64,000 nt of DNA from Peribolospora baueri (Eukaryota): contig JAMDHS010000033.1 of the NCBI GenBank assembly GCA_029717555.1, forward strand, positions 62,001-126,000. The letters are read 5' to 3'. Shown one piece after another: positions 48,788 through 60,700 of this stretch. The notes below the pieces were generated by a model. The model had not been told where the DNA came from, did not search any database, and was given only the letters and a program-made list of their open reading frames with translations. Position numbers and translations under genes: made by a program. How positions within the stretch are numbered: position 1 is the first letter of the stretch; each line of letters begins with the position of its first letter.

Positions 48788-51048
48788 ATGCCCCCCACAC
48801 GATCCAGCTCGAAACGCAAGTCCGAGGCAGTGAAAGCGCCGGAAGTTGCTCCTCCCGCCGACGGCTCGCCGTCCACCGTCGCCGCACCCCCTGCAGGGGC
48901 CGGCCAAGACAAGAAGCGCACCAAGACGTCCAACGGCAACTCCTCCAAGGATGCCAGCTCCGCTAGCTCCCCAGCCGCACCTTCCGGCATAGAAACGTTA
49001 GCAGACCCGAGTCTCCCCACGAACAAGGACTTTCCCAAGTCGTTCGACTTCGATCCCAAGACGGTCGCGGAGGACGTGAGGGTGACGATTTGGAACGTCT
49101 GCTCGTTGAAGAGCTGCTCGAGCAAGGTCGGTGTCTCTTCAGAGAGGATGGGAGATGAGATTGCGTTGCGTTTGCTTGTTTGCTGAGTTCAATGCCTTTT
49201 CTTTTCTTCTGCGATGTCTTATGAACTCTTGCGTCACGCTCCCGACAGGGCCTTTTTACCTACCTAGAAGCAGAACAGCCAGACATCGCCATCTTGAGCG
49301 AGACGAAATGCAACGAGGTTCCCGACGTTCCTAGGCTGAATGACATGTTCGAGCATCAGTATTGGGGGATCGGGTCGCGGAAGGGGTATGGTGAGCTGGT
49401 TCGGTCTTTTCTCATGATTCGTCGTCGCTAGGGACATAATTATTGCGGAACGGGGGGCGGGGGCAGCATTCCGTGGTCGGACTAAATATTGCCTCTTTCT
49501 ACTCGTTGGCGCAGCCGGGCTCGCGGTGTTGTCCAAGCTGAAGCCAGACGGGGTGGTGTACGGGCTGCCGACGTTGCCTGAGGTGGACATGCGACATCGC
49601 TGCGTGAGCTTGCCCTTCCCCCCTTGTCACCCTGGTAACCCGCCGTGCGTCTTTCTCATCTTCATAAAAAACGACGTCCCACAGATCACGCTAGAGTTCC
49701 CGAACACTTACGTTCTCGCGGTGTACGCCGTCAACGCCGGCGAGGGACTGAAGGTGAGCTGTTCTTCTTCCTACTCCTTGTCCATTCCGCTCGTAATGAC
49801 ATCTTTCGACCCGATGTTCTCTCCGTGCTATCTCAGACTCTGGAAGAAAAGAAGCAGTGGAACACGGGACTAGAGACGCACGTCAGAGCGCTGGATAAGA
49901 AGAAGCCTGTCATATGGTGTGGCGATCACAACGTCGTCTTCGACGAGCGAGGTGAGATTTATTTCCGGCAGCTCCGTCGCCTGCCGGCGACGAGGCGAGT
50001 GCCAACTCTGCTTGACGGCGATGCTTACGATGACCATCCTCGATCTGCTCTCGGTTCGCAGACGTGGCGCTGGCTAAAAAGAAGTGGAATAAGGCAAGCT
50101 ATTTTCCTTTGCTTTCGTCTCCTCTGCCCGTATTTCTTGATTTTTGCGCTCGGCCGAGCCATCATCACTGATTCCCCTTGCTCTTCCTCCCCACCTTCGC
50201 TTTCGTCCACAGTCCGCCGGTTACACCCAGGTAGAATGCGACGCCTATCGCCAGCAGCTTGACCCTGGCCCAGACTCGGACGACAAGAGGTTCGTGGACG
50301 CATGGAGGAACGCGCACCCTGATGCTGCAGGGCATTATGTGAGTGTTGGGTGACGAGGTCGCGCCGCGAAGAGCGCATCGCACTGACTCTTCTTGGCTAC
50401 GTTGAATTTGCCTCGTCTCGATCGCGCTTCTCGTTCTTCTTCCGGTAGACGTGAGTCCTCGCCGTCCTCGACTAACGTCTTTGACGCACCTAACGCTGTG
50501 AGCGGCTGACCGCGCCGTGTCCCCTGCGCTACCCCATCGCATCTTCTCCAAACCCATGTCCAGATTCCACTCTTACCGCGGCTTCACACGAGGCAAAGGC
50601 ATCGGATGGAGACTCGACACGTTCAACGTGGGTTCGATTCGCCGCGTCCAGTTGAGCTCTCAAACCAGGCTCACATCGATTGTCATCCTTACTGCGCAGG
50701 TCTCGGAACGCATCCTCTCCCGAGTCAAAGCCTGCGAGATCCGGTGAGTCTCGAGTCGAGCGGAGCGCGGAGACGGCACCGTCTGCTAAAAAATAAAAAA
50801 TAAAAATGGGCGGTCGACCGCCGAGACGGGTTGAATTCGGTGCAGCGTGGTCGGGATTCATCTGCATGCCTTCCCCTCCCGTCCCATCCCATGCTTTCTT
50901 GTTTTACCGACTGTTCACAAACGTTCGCCTCTGCGACCCTTCCACCATCCCCTCCGAAACGTATTTGCTACCGGCTCCAAACAGATACACGGCGTACGGC
51001 GCAAGCGACCACATCCCCGTGATGGCCGACTTTGAGGGCCCGTTGTGA
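48788..51048 (+). CDS. Exonuclease III / APE1-like AP endonuclease
   Basis: IWNV, ILSETK, KGYAGLAVLSK, ITLEF...VYAVNAGEGLK, IWCGDHNV, SAGYT, DAWR..HP, YTFHSYR, GWRLD, SDHIPV. In-frame upstream ATGs at 48548 and 48491. Confidence 0.92.
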
Positions 51049-51130
51049 ATGGAGGAGATGGCGTGTGGAAGAAGGGGTGGTAGGCATGTGCAGCAGGAGT
51101 GGTTGTAAAATGAATATGAAAGGTTGAATA

Positions 51131-51910
51131 GACACGTCGTGACTAGTCGCGACGGAGAATAAGTAGGGGATGTTAGCGAGATGAAAAACAAGGAGAAAAA
51201 AGTCTGCAACGGGGAGGGAAGATAAAGCAGAGAGAAAGAACGGGTTCTCAGCAAGAAAGAAACAAGTTTTGAACTGGGTGGGAGGATAACGGCAAGAAGA
51301 AACGCTTTTCAACAACGTCGTGACACGCGTCAAAATGGAAGGACGTGGACGGAGAATAAGTTGGGGAAGATTAGCGAGATGAAAAAAACAAGGAGAAAAG
51401 TGTCTTCAACAAGAAAGAAACGCGTAGGACCCCGGACCAAGGATGGTCGCCGTGGGCGGGTGCGGCCCGAAGAGTGGCAGCCGTGAGCACTCAGTGCGGG
51501 GAACGCAGCCGTGCCCCGCATCGGAGTGGGGACATTGTGTATATAAAGGACTAATCTCCGCCAGGGGCGTGTTATTCCCCTGGTGAGACTCATACGTGCA
51601 GCGGGACAGGACTGCTTCCTGTGCACTTAGGACCGTCAGACGCCAACCGACGCTTCCCCGATCGTCGCACGCCGCACCGACTCGTCAGCATAGTCGAGGG
51701 ACGGTCCCCGACGGGAGGGAAGTGGAATATTGCACTGGCGGGAGGGGCGGGAAGTGGAATATTGCATGGCGGGAGAGGCGGGAAGTGGAATGTCATATCT
51801 ACAATACGTACCGTGGAACATCGCGACGACCTGTTTCTTTCTTGTTTTTCTTGCTGCTCTATCTTCCCTCCCCGTTGAAGACCCTTTTTTTCTTGTTGAA
51901 GGTTCCTTTT
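51131..51910. repeat. Complex repeat: imperfect direct duplication, inverted copy and internal 31-32 bp tandem units (possible foldback/MITE relic)
   Basis: GACGGAGAATAAG...TTAGCGAGATGAAAAA(AA)CAAGGAGAAAA at about 51151 and 51348. A 24-nt inverted match (23/24) at 51207-51230 vs 51854-51877. GGGAAGTGGAAT(ATTGCA) at 51717, 51749 and 51780. Confidence 0.7.
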
Positions 51911-52444
51911 GTTTCCTTTAGACATTGGCTTGGGTCGAAGGGGGATCCGAGAGGCCGAGTGCCTGCCTGGCTGAACCCTCGAGCCGGCCGTATCTGCGGC
52001 TGCACGACTAGGTCTTGGGCATGGCGTTCGAGCAAGACAAGACCGTAGGGGGGCTGATCGACCTCGGGAACCAACGGCCCAGCTTCCAAGCCCTGAGGTG
52101 ATCGTCGTTTGACGAGTATCCCTCCTCGTCGGAAGCTTTTTACTGTCTTGGCCGGTCAAGCCGGTTATGCTCATGGTCATGCAAAAGGGTCACCAGATAT
52201 CGGAGTAGAGGTAAGGTCGGGTTTCATGGAGGACGCACGGTAATCGCCTTCGTGGAGTTGGAGACGGAACTCTGCGTTCTCGAACGTCTCGAAGGGCGTG
52301 TCTGACAGGGAGCTCGCCCCGTCGAGCTCGAGGAAAAGCGACTGTGAACGGCAGAGAAGAATGGCATATGTGGTGATGAAAACGGTATATACTTTGAATG
52401 TGGCGCCTGGCAGCAAGAAGAAAGAAAGCAGACGGACAGGACCA

Positions 52445-55400
52445 TCATCGCATCTCCGGGTATAAAGATACAAAGATCTGCCCATGGAACGCGTAAAGAA
52501 GGAAACACAAGGGGATGAGTCCAGTGCAACTTAGAGAAGGACAGAGCAACACGCCGCCACAGAGAGGCGCACGTACCTCGTCCATGATGGTGAAAATGAG
52601 ATGCCTGTTCAGCCGACGGTTCTGCAACACAGAGAACATGCGCCGAGCGCCTTTCCGCGCGTTGCTCCGCCCGATCACGTTCTCGGCGAGAGCTGGGTGG
52701 AAGTGCGATGCGATACAAGGGTGTCTGTCGGCTCACCAGCTCCCAACTATCCTGAGCTTCGCTCGCGCACTGGTCATAGGGGCAAAAACGTTAACGTACC
52801 AGGCATGAGCGCAGCCAGCTTCCGATTTGCGCTCTCTCTGACTTGAGCCTTCTCCTGCGGCGTTCGGGGCGGAGAGGGCGGCTTCAGCTGACCACCTGGC
52901 CACATGTTGTCCCGGAAAACTTGGATGTATTTGACGAGGGGATTGGCTGCAAGCATGTTCTTCACTGCATCGCGGACTCTCCTGCGACGCGGAATCGTCA
53001 TTCCATATGGCATACCAGAAACAATTAGTGAATCAGTGAGGGTTGAGGGGGAGGGGTGGATATGCTGTATCCAAACATACCTTTCGATCGTACCTCCAAG
53101 GACCTGCTGCAAAATGATAACAATTGCCTGTCTGCGGAGCCAGTTGTTCTTCTCCTTGAGTTCAAAAATCTCAAGGAAGAGGTCGCAGATGGGCTCCGTG
53201 AAGTACGTGACGCCCTCCGTGCCTCCGCCTGTACCACCGGAACCGGAGGTGAGGTCACCCGTCGACCTCGACAACCCTCCAACTGATGAAGACGATGTAC
53301 GAGCAACAAGATCCTCGTGGATGTTTGAAGCACCAATGCCAGCCAGCTCCGCCGCCTGCGTGCTCAATCTCTGCAGAATGACGTCGAGCATCGAAGGCGC
53401 AAAAATGATGTCGTCCATGCTCGACGCGACGTGGTGGAAGAGAGTGCTGACCATCTTCTGTCCCGGAAACGGGAACGACTGCTGCTTCGTCTTGGCGCCG
53501 GTACCGCCGCCGGGACTCGCTGGTTGAGTATCCTCAAGACGCAGAAGGGAGATGTTCTGTTGGGACAGGAACGAGCGGAGTTCGGAGCTTTCGCAGACAA
53601 GGGGCACGTTGATGAGAGACTGAGGGAAAAGTCACGCCGTGCGTACGTTAGATTAAACTCGAAGCCATCAATATCTTCGAATCACCAAATACACAAACAC
53701 AGTCAACTCACCTGAAGATATTTCTCCAGGGCCACCCTCCTCGCCTCGACAAACCCACTATGCATCATAGTGACAAGCCGCTTGCCAGGCAGGTCCAGCA
53801 TCCTCACTGCCACGAACCTCTCCTTGAGAGCAGAGTGCAGAGCGAAGAACTCAGAATATCGTCTTGCGACGATCCAGCCTGACGCAAACGAGCCGTCCGG
53901 AGCGAGCTGATGCACCTCGATCAGGTAGACGACGTGCTCCTTCCCATCTTCCTTGCCCACGGTGCTGTTCGGTATCGAAACCTTCGTCCGACCAGGCACA
54001 ATACTGTTCTCCGAATCCTGAAGCTCAAACTGACCCTTCTGGAATCGCAGCTCTCCCAGTTCGCGCTTGAGAGCATGGCGAGATTGCGTGAGCAGACGGA
54101 GCTCGCTCTGCGTTCCCGTCAGTTCGGCCTTCCGGATCAACGCCTCTACGATCGCTTCTTGGTTCTCCAGCTTGGCGATCTTTTCTCTCAATCGCTGGAT
54201 CTCTACCGAGAGCTGCAAGTCGCCCGGAGCGGCCATCCTGAACGCTGCAGATCCTCCTCCGCCCTCTTCGTCAGAAAATCCGCCGCCTCCGCCTCCACTG
54301 CCTTCTCCAACTTCCGCTTCTCCGTCGTCCATAGGCGTGAAGCTAAGTGGTGACATGGTCGGGGATTTGAGGAGAGTGTTCGTCCTGCTCAGTACCGGCG
54401 ACCTGGACGAGGCTCGAGCAGCACGGACACCTTGAGCCTCCGAGTCAGATGTGGCACTCGTCGCCCGGTGACGAAGACGCGGCAGACGCTCCTTCGATTC
54501 CCAACTCGAGACGCTTCCAGTCTGACTCCGCTGGTCACTGTCAATGATCTTCGTGAGCGCCGCCTGCACCGCATCAATCGCTTCCACCTGCACGAAATCG
54601 TCGGTTCCTCCGCTCACATCTGTCCGAGGCGAAGCGGGCGATCGAGCCGGCCTACTGCTAGGGCGAGCGTCTTCTTCCTCATCCTCACCGAACAGAGGAG
54701 GTCGCTCCTCGTCGTCGAACAAGGGCGCCCGCTCCTCGTCCTCGCCAAAGAGCGGCATTCGGACGTTAGAGTCATCTGTCGAGCCACCGCCACCCATGAG
54801 GATGTGGAGATGGTCGTTGTCCTTGCCGCTTCCCCGTCTACCAGACGATGAAGGGTCGCTCGGAACTCGAGGCGGCAGAGCTGGTCGCTCTTTCCTATAG
54901 TCATCTCCCAGCAAGTCGCGAAGCTGATGAGGCGTACGCCGACCACTGCCGCTGCCGCCGGGAAACAACTCGTTCTGTTCCTTGAACCTTGCCGCGGGGT
55001 TCTTTGGAGCAGCAACAAGGGAGGGCAAGGAGAGCAGCTCCTGAGACGAGATTTGAAGGGGAGCCACCGGGCTCTTGTAAGGCTTATTTGCTAATGACAA
55101 AGAAAAGTCCAGGTGATGTTGGTCGGACAGGAGATCCAGAGGCTGCTGAGAAGACGGTGCTGATCGAGATGGGTCGCTGACCGTCGACGTCAAGTGGTGA
55201 ACGGGCATATCGGCTGTCGCCTTGAGGAAGAGATCGCTGGCGCGGAAGGCTGCAAAGTCGTCATCATTCATTTCGTCGTAAACTTGTTTCTGCGCCATGA
55301 AGACGCTCCGTCGGACTCTTCGAAGCTGTTTCGCCTCAATAGGCGCATCAGGACCCCTCTCAAGGAACCATCGAACGGCTTCGATATATTGAGGTTTGAA

Positions 55401-57401
55401 GTGAATCGCACCGGTGGAGAAATAAGTCGAGTAGATCATTTGCATGTCATCCCGCGCTGTCTGCACGGCAGCGGGCGACGGCGCGGGCATGGTGGGGCCC
55501 TTCAAAGAGTCGTCATCCTCGCTATCCGAGGTCATGTCCTCGAGCGGATCTTTGAAGCTCTCTGCGATAAGCCAGAACTGAACAGGCAACGAGCGCTTGC
55601 GACGGTCCATGAACTCCATGAAATACGAGAGTGACGTTGGTTCCAAGAGGATATCGCGCAAGGAGATGTTTGCGGCCGTCGGATGGGATCTCGAGTCCTG
55701 ATCTTGGTCGGGTGCGGACTGCAGAGACAGAGCAGACAACAACCTTCAGCACAGGCGTTTAGACAGCTGTAAGGCAAAGACGCCAATAGAAAACCCACTG
55801 TGGCTTGCTCCTGCCCGCTAAGCTCAGCAATCCGTCGCTCCGCTCGCTGCCGAGCATCCTGTAATCGTCGGAGGTGTGCTTGTAGCCGCGCAGGTTTCTC
55901 ATCGACCGCCTCCGCCTTAGCCGGATCATCTGCAATGCCATAGGGGTATACTGTAAGTGGCCGAATGAGACTCGCTTCATCAGGGCATTTTCCTCACCGA
56001 TCAGCGCGTTCGTCCTCCGAATCTGCATGACAATGTCGTTTTTCAACCTCCTAGCGTCCAATAGAGACGAGCACTTGCTAATCGAGCGCAAAAATACCTC
56101 CCACGACTTTTGGTCTGTGCGCGCGGACAGCTCCTCCCCCTTGAGCGGCGACTTGGCGCGTGCCTGCGGCTTCTCATCCATGTCGTCCTTGAGGACATTC
56201 ACAGCTGCCACTGCGGTAGCAGCGACCGCCGAGTCCTTGCTGCCTTGCTTGTCGAGGGCGTCGCGGAATTGACTGACTAGGTGTCTATCGTCGGGAGGTG
56301 TGCCGCTCTGTATCAGCTTCGGCGCTCGCGTGGATCGTAAGCCAGTGCAACTCACTGCTCATGAATTACAGCTCCAGCCTGACGAACACATGAGACAAGC
56401 ATAATTTGCATGAGCCGCGTGACAACCCAGACGAACCCGTGGTCCAAATTCTCCGCCCGCTCTTCTCTGCACTAACATACCTTCTGATCGATCATGCGAT
56501 TCCAGAAGTCGGGATCACTGAGCATATCAACGATGGGTAGGAGGATAGCGCAAGCGACAATCTCCCTGACAATGGTGACCACGGCGTCGCTGCTGCTTTC
56601 CCTGTGCGGCAAGGTGAGCGGCAAGGCCTTTGCAACGAGCGACCGGAGATGCGCCTCTTCCGACGGCTTGGAGTTGGGAGACGAGACGTTGACAGCAGGA
56701 TGCAGTTGTCCGTCGGCGTACTTTGCGGCCAGGAAGAGGTCAGCCTCTTCGCTCTCCGTCAGATGTCTTTCCAATCTCTGACCCCTGAGCGAAGTCTCCG
56801 CCTTGCGGAAAGCTTCGAGGTGGGCGGTCACCTTGGGAAGGATATTATTGACGGCCATAGTGGTCAAGTCAATCCTTTTAAACCTCTGAAGAACGTTGGC
56901 CAGAGCCTCGCGGATGGTTCGCTCCACAGCGTGTGGGAAGGCCGGGTCGGAGGAGATGCTGTCAAACCACTTGTGTACGAAGTCCCGCATGATCATATAA
57001 ATGACTTCGTCCGCCGAACGAGAGACCTCATCTGATGACGGGTGAACAGGCTCTCGGAACGACGTGTTGCTCGCCTCCCAGGCATTTCTCGTCTGAATAA
57101 CTGACCATGCTGCCGGAGTCGCAAAGGTGAGCGGCCGCCAGGCGCCGAAGCCGCCTCGCTCGTCTTGCCGGAGGTTTTGGGCGTGCTCGGAAAGCCGACC
57201 CCTCCAGCGGGCAGTCCGCTTGTCTAAGAGATACGCAATGCCGACGCTGGCGGCGATCCAGGAGAGTGCCCACGCAACTGCGAGGACGGGGACGAGAAGG
57301 ATGAGCGTCGTCGGCGAGATGGACAACCGGTTGGAGATGATCGGCAGCAGACCGGCGGCGGCAACTATCGCGACCGCCCTTCCGACGGGGATGGTGGCCA
57401 T
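52445..57401 (-). CDS. MDM1: PXA-RGS-PX-Nexin_C sorting nexin (Mdm1/SNX13/14/25-like)
   Basis: N-terminal hydrophobic segments, PXA (IMRDFVHKWF...LSDPDFWN), RGS (LSYFMEFMD...VQFW), PX (VARRYSEFFALH...LEKYLQ), and C-terminal NNWLRRQAI...GGTIER...NRHLIFTIMDE|IFVSLYPE. Confidence 0.9.
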
Positions 57402-57719
57402 GATAGGCACATCTGTCGCAGCTGGCCGGCGCAGATTGTCGGTGGTGAGGGGCGCTGGAGGGAACGAAAGCGGGGAAAAAGGTGAACGTGGGATTGAAGC
57501 GGGCAAGACGACGCCGAGGCTGACGGAGGTTCGTGCGAGGGCGACTGCGGCAGGGGTGTAACCAACGCCGGGACCAAGTGGCCGATGACATCGACGGTTG
57601 TCTCGCACTCACCACCACCACATCGCCGTGTCCCCATCACACTCTCCTTCTCAGCTTCTCCTCCCTGTACGCCATACGCCCCTGCGCTCGTCTGCGGTGT
57701 TAGAGCAGGCCTGTCGCCC

Positions 57720-60700
57720 ATGCCGGCGTGGATACCGAGCCCCAAGCCATCCACCCATGTCGACGGGCGGAACGTGTCCACCGATCGACGATCACAAGCC
57801 ATTCGCGCGTCGTCGCCGACAAGGAGCATTCGCAGTCTCAACTCCAACATCGCCTCTTCTCACGAGCAACGCACCGATTCGTCCTTGTCCGCCAGCTCTG
57901 GAGCGTCGACTATCAAAGCCGGCCCGACTTCTCGGTCGTCCTCGGCCTCCATGGCCTCAGTGGCCGAGCCGGAGGGAATGAAGCGACCGAGGAGCGCCCT
58001 GGCAACAACGGAGATCGAAGACGTTCAGAGGAGGGGGGCCAGCTGGGTCCATCGGAAAAGCCAAGAGGCGTCGCTCTCCGGGGAAAATCCGCGATTTATG
58101 AGCGAGAGCCAGGCTTCCTCTACTCCGGCGCACTTTCAGGATGGCCAAGGGGCGACCCCAACTTCCGAGGGAGATCAGAACGTTCCGATGTCAAACTCTG
58201 AGCACGTCCCCGCCATGCCGACAGAATCCGCACCCGTCACCTTGTCGACCTCTCAGCAGTCATCATCTAAGCACTCCGTGTCAAACGCAACTCCCAGCAA
58301 GCGAGCAGCCTGGTTTGGCTGGTCTTCCAGCCAAAATGGTGATGCGAAGGGGTCACCAAAACCATCGGAGACGGAGCAATGCCAAACGACTAGTGACTCT
58401 AGTGGAGGAGAGGCAGCCGGTGTCCCTTCCAAGGATGAAGCATTACCTTCACAATCATCCGCCGCTGGAGTAGCGTTGCTCCAAGACCCATCCACTGCAA
58501 GCAAGGCTGAAGGCAGCGCACCTGCCTTATCCAAGGAATCGTCGAATGGCGAAGTCGTCAGCCATGTCTCGTCCTCTCCTCGGCGGACTTGGCTAGGTTT
58601 CCATGTAGGGGCCTCTAGCGCTGTCCCTCCCCCTTCTTCCACTCCGATACCAGATCTCCCAGCGTCCGGGAGCAACCACATAAGCGAACCGACCCCGGCG
58701 GGTCCCATCCCCGGCTCTCCTGCCGCTCCACAAGGAGAAGCAGCGACGAAGCCATCGGAAAGCGAACGGCTGTCGCATTCCTCAGTATCCGCTGAAAACT
58801 CCCTCCTAACTTCGTCCTTGCGCCGCATTTGGTCTCGACCGGAGCTCACATCGCCTGGCAAAAAGCAGCAACCAGCTGAACCTCCGGCTGTTTCTACCCC
58901 GGCTGAACCCCCGGCTGCTTCTACCGATGTGTCCTCAGACATCGACGCCGCTCAGCCTACAACCAGTCTTTCCGGGTCGGCCATGGTTTCCTCCACGGCC
59001 GAGTCGCGACCTGCGAGTACCAGGTCTCTACCCACTGTCTCCTCCCCCACAGTTTCTCAATCGCCTGACACGGCGAAGGAGACACAAGTAACTCAGCGCC
59101 GTAGGAGTTGGCTCCCGTGGGGATCCTCGGGTACGTCAGCGCCTGTCCACCCCTCGCCACTGGCATCAGGCGTCACCTACGCTGGCTCAAACGACGGTGC
59201 AGCTGGTAGTGACGCTGGAAATGAAGTGCACGAGGAGAACCACCCGGAGTCGATGGAGGTCGAAGTACCGCACACCAAAGACCCGCCGCTTCCTTCCTCC
59301 AAGAGCCTTATCAGCGGGTATCACTACCTACCTTCACCTGCTTGGCTCAATCCATGGAGTTCATGGACGGCAACACCCCAGTCTCCCGCTCGCAAAGATG
59401 GCAAAACCGAAAGCGAAGCGATCAGAGATGAGGCACGCGCTCGTGACTTTGAGAAAGAGGCTGCGGACGGCACGCAGACCGCTGATGCGCCTTCGAGCCC
59501 GCCCGCCGCGCAATCGATGATGCGCAAAGTCACGTCTGGGAGCGAGTACAACCCGATTCTTGCTAGCAAGAGCAGTTGGTCATCGCTATTCGCCTTGCGG
59601 AAGTGAGTAGTTTATTTTAGGATATCAAGGTCTTGGAAGAACTAGTCTTATGTGGTTTTGCCCTGGCTGCTTTTTTTATCAGTGCATTTCCCTCGAAGGC
59701 CGTCTCTGATAAGCCCTCGGGCGAGATGGAAGTGATGGATTTGGACTTGGACGAGGCGCAGAACGCCACTCAAGCTACACAAGAGGATGCCTCCAAGGCC
59801 TTGACGAAGATTCCGTCCGGGCAGAAGTCTTCGATCACGAATTCGACCCCGACAGGTGCGAGAACACCCACCAAAGGCTCATCTATCCATCCAGGTGGGA
59901 ACGGCACAAAGTTTCCCCCCGGTGTCAGTTCGGGCGGGCAAGGGATTGAGCCTCCTTCAAAGAATCCAGCCCAACCTCTCACAAGTTCGGACAAGAAGAA
60001 GAAGCACTGGGAGCCGGGAAAGCCCCCTCCGAATTTAATTCTCCCTAGTGAGTTGCAGCTTTGTCAAATGTCTTTGTCCTGTATGCAATCAGAGTGTTCT
60101 GATGTATGTTGACCCATCTCTCTAGGCTTTCATGACATTTTCTGCGAGCTTCCCCGCTCCGTCCCTCCGCCTCCGTCGATGCTTCAACGTACTCTTACCG
60201 CCTTCTCTTCTTACATCCTCTCACAACCGCCTAGCGCCACCTTCATTGCGGCGGATGAGGCTGCCGTGGCAAGAGCCAAGCTTCGCGCTGCGAGATCGAG
60301 CAAGGGCAAGGGGAAAGAAGAGAATAGGGATATTGACGAGGGAATGGATAAGCTGCCTAGGACTCTAGAGGTGATGGGGGAGAAGAAGGAGAAGTCGATC
60401 ATGAACGTTGGCAGGGTAGTCGTCATCGGTATCCATGGATGGTTTGCGAAGTCGATGGTCGCGAAGCTACTTGGCGAGCCCACGTGAGTCAGCCGCTGTC
60501 GACTCCTTATTGACTGCTGGTCGTTCGTTGCTTATTTCGAGGGGTCGCCGTTTGGTATCTCCTTATTCTACCAGGGGAACCTCCGTCAAGTTTGCCCATG
60601 AAATGAAGCGAGCCGTGCACCGCTACTTTGCTGACTCCTCCCTGGAGCTCAATCCAGAGGCAATAACGGCGATCCCTTTAGAGGGCGAAGGCAAGATTGA

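Noticed and set aside
50744..50984. Long last intron of the AP endonuclease as a snoRNA host
   Set aside because: No C/D boxes or clear H/ACA architecture were found by eye.
51712..51791. Repeat-spacer pattern as a mini-CRISPR
   Set aside because: The linkers are near-identical and about 13 bp, and there are no cas genes; it is a minisatellite.
52177..52485. Minus-strand ORF downstream of MDM1 as a separate gene or alternative last exon
   Set aside because: MDM1 already ends with a family-like IFVSLYPE terminus at 52445, and the ORF has no recognisable similarity.
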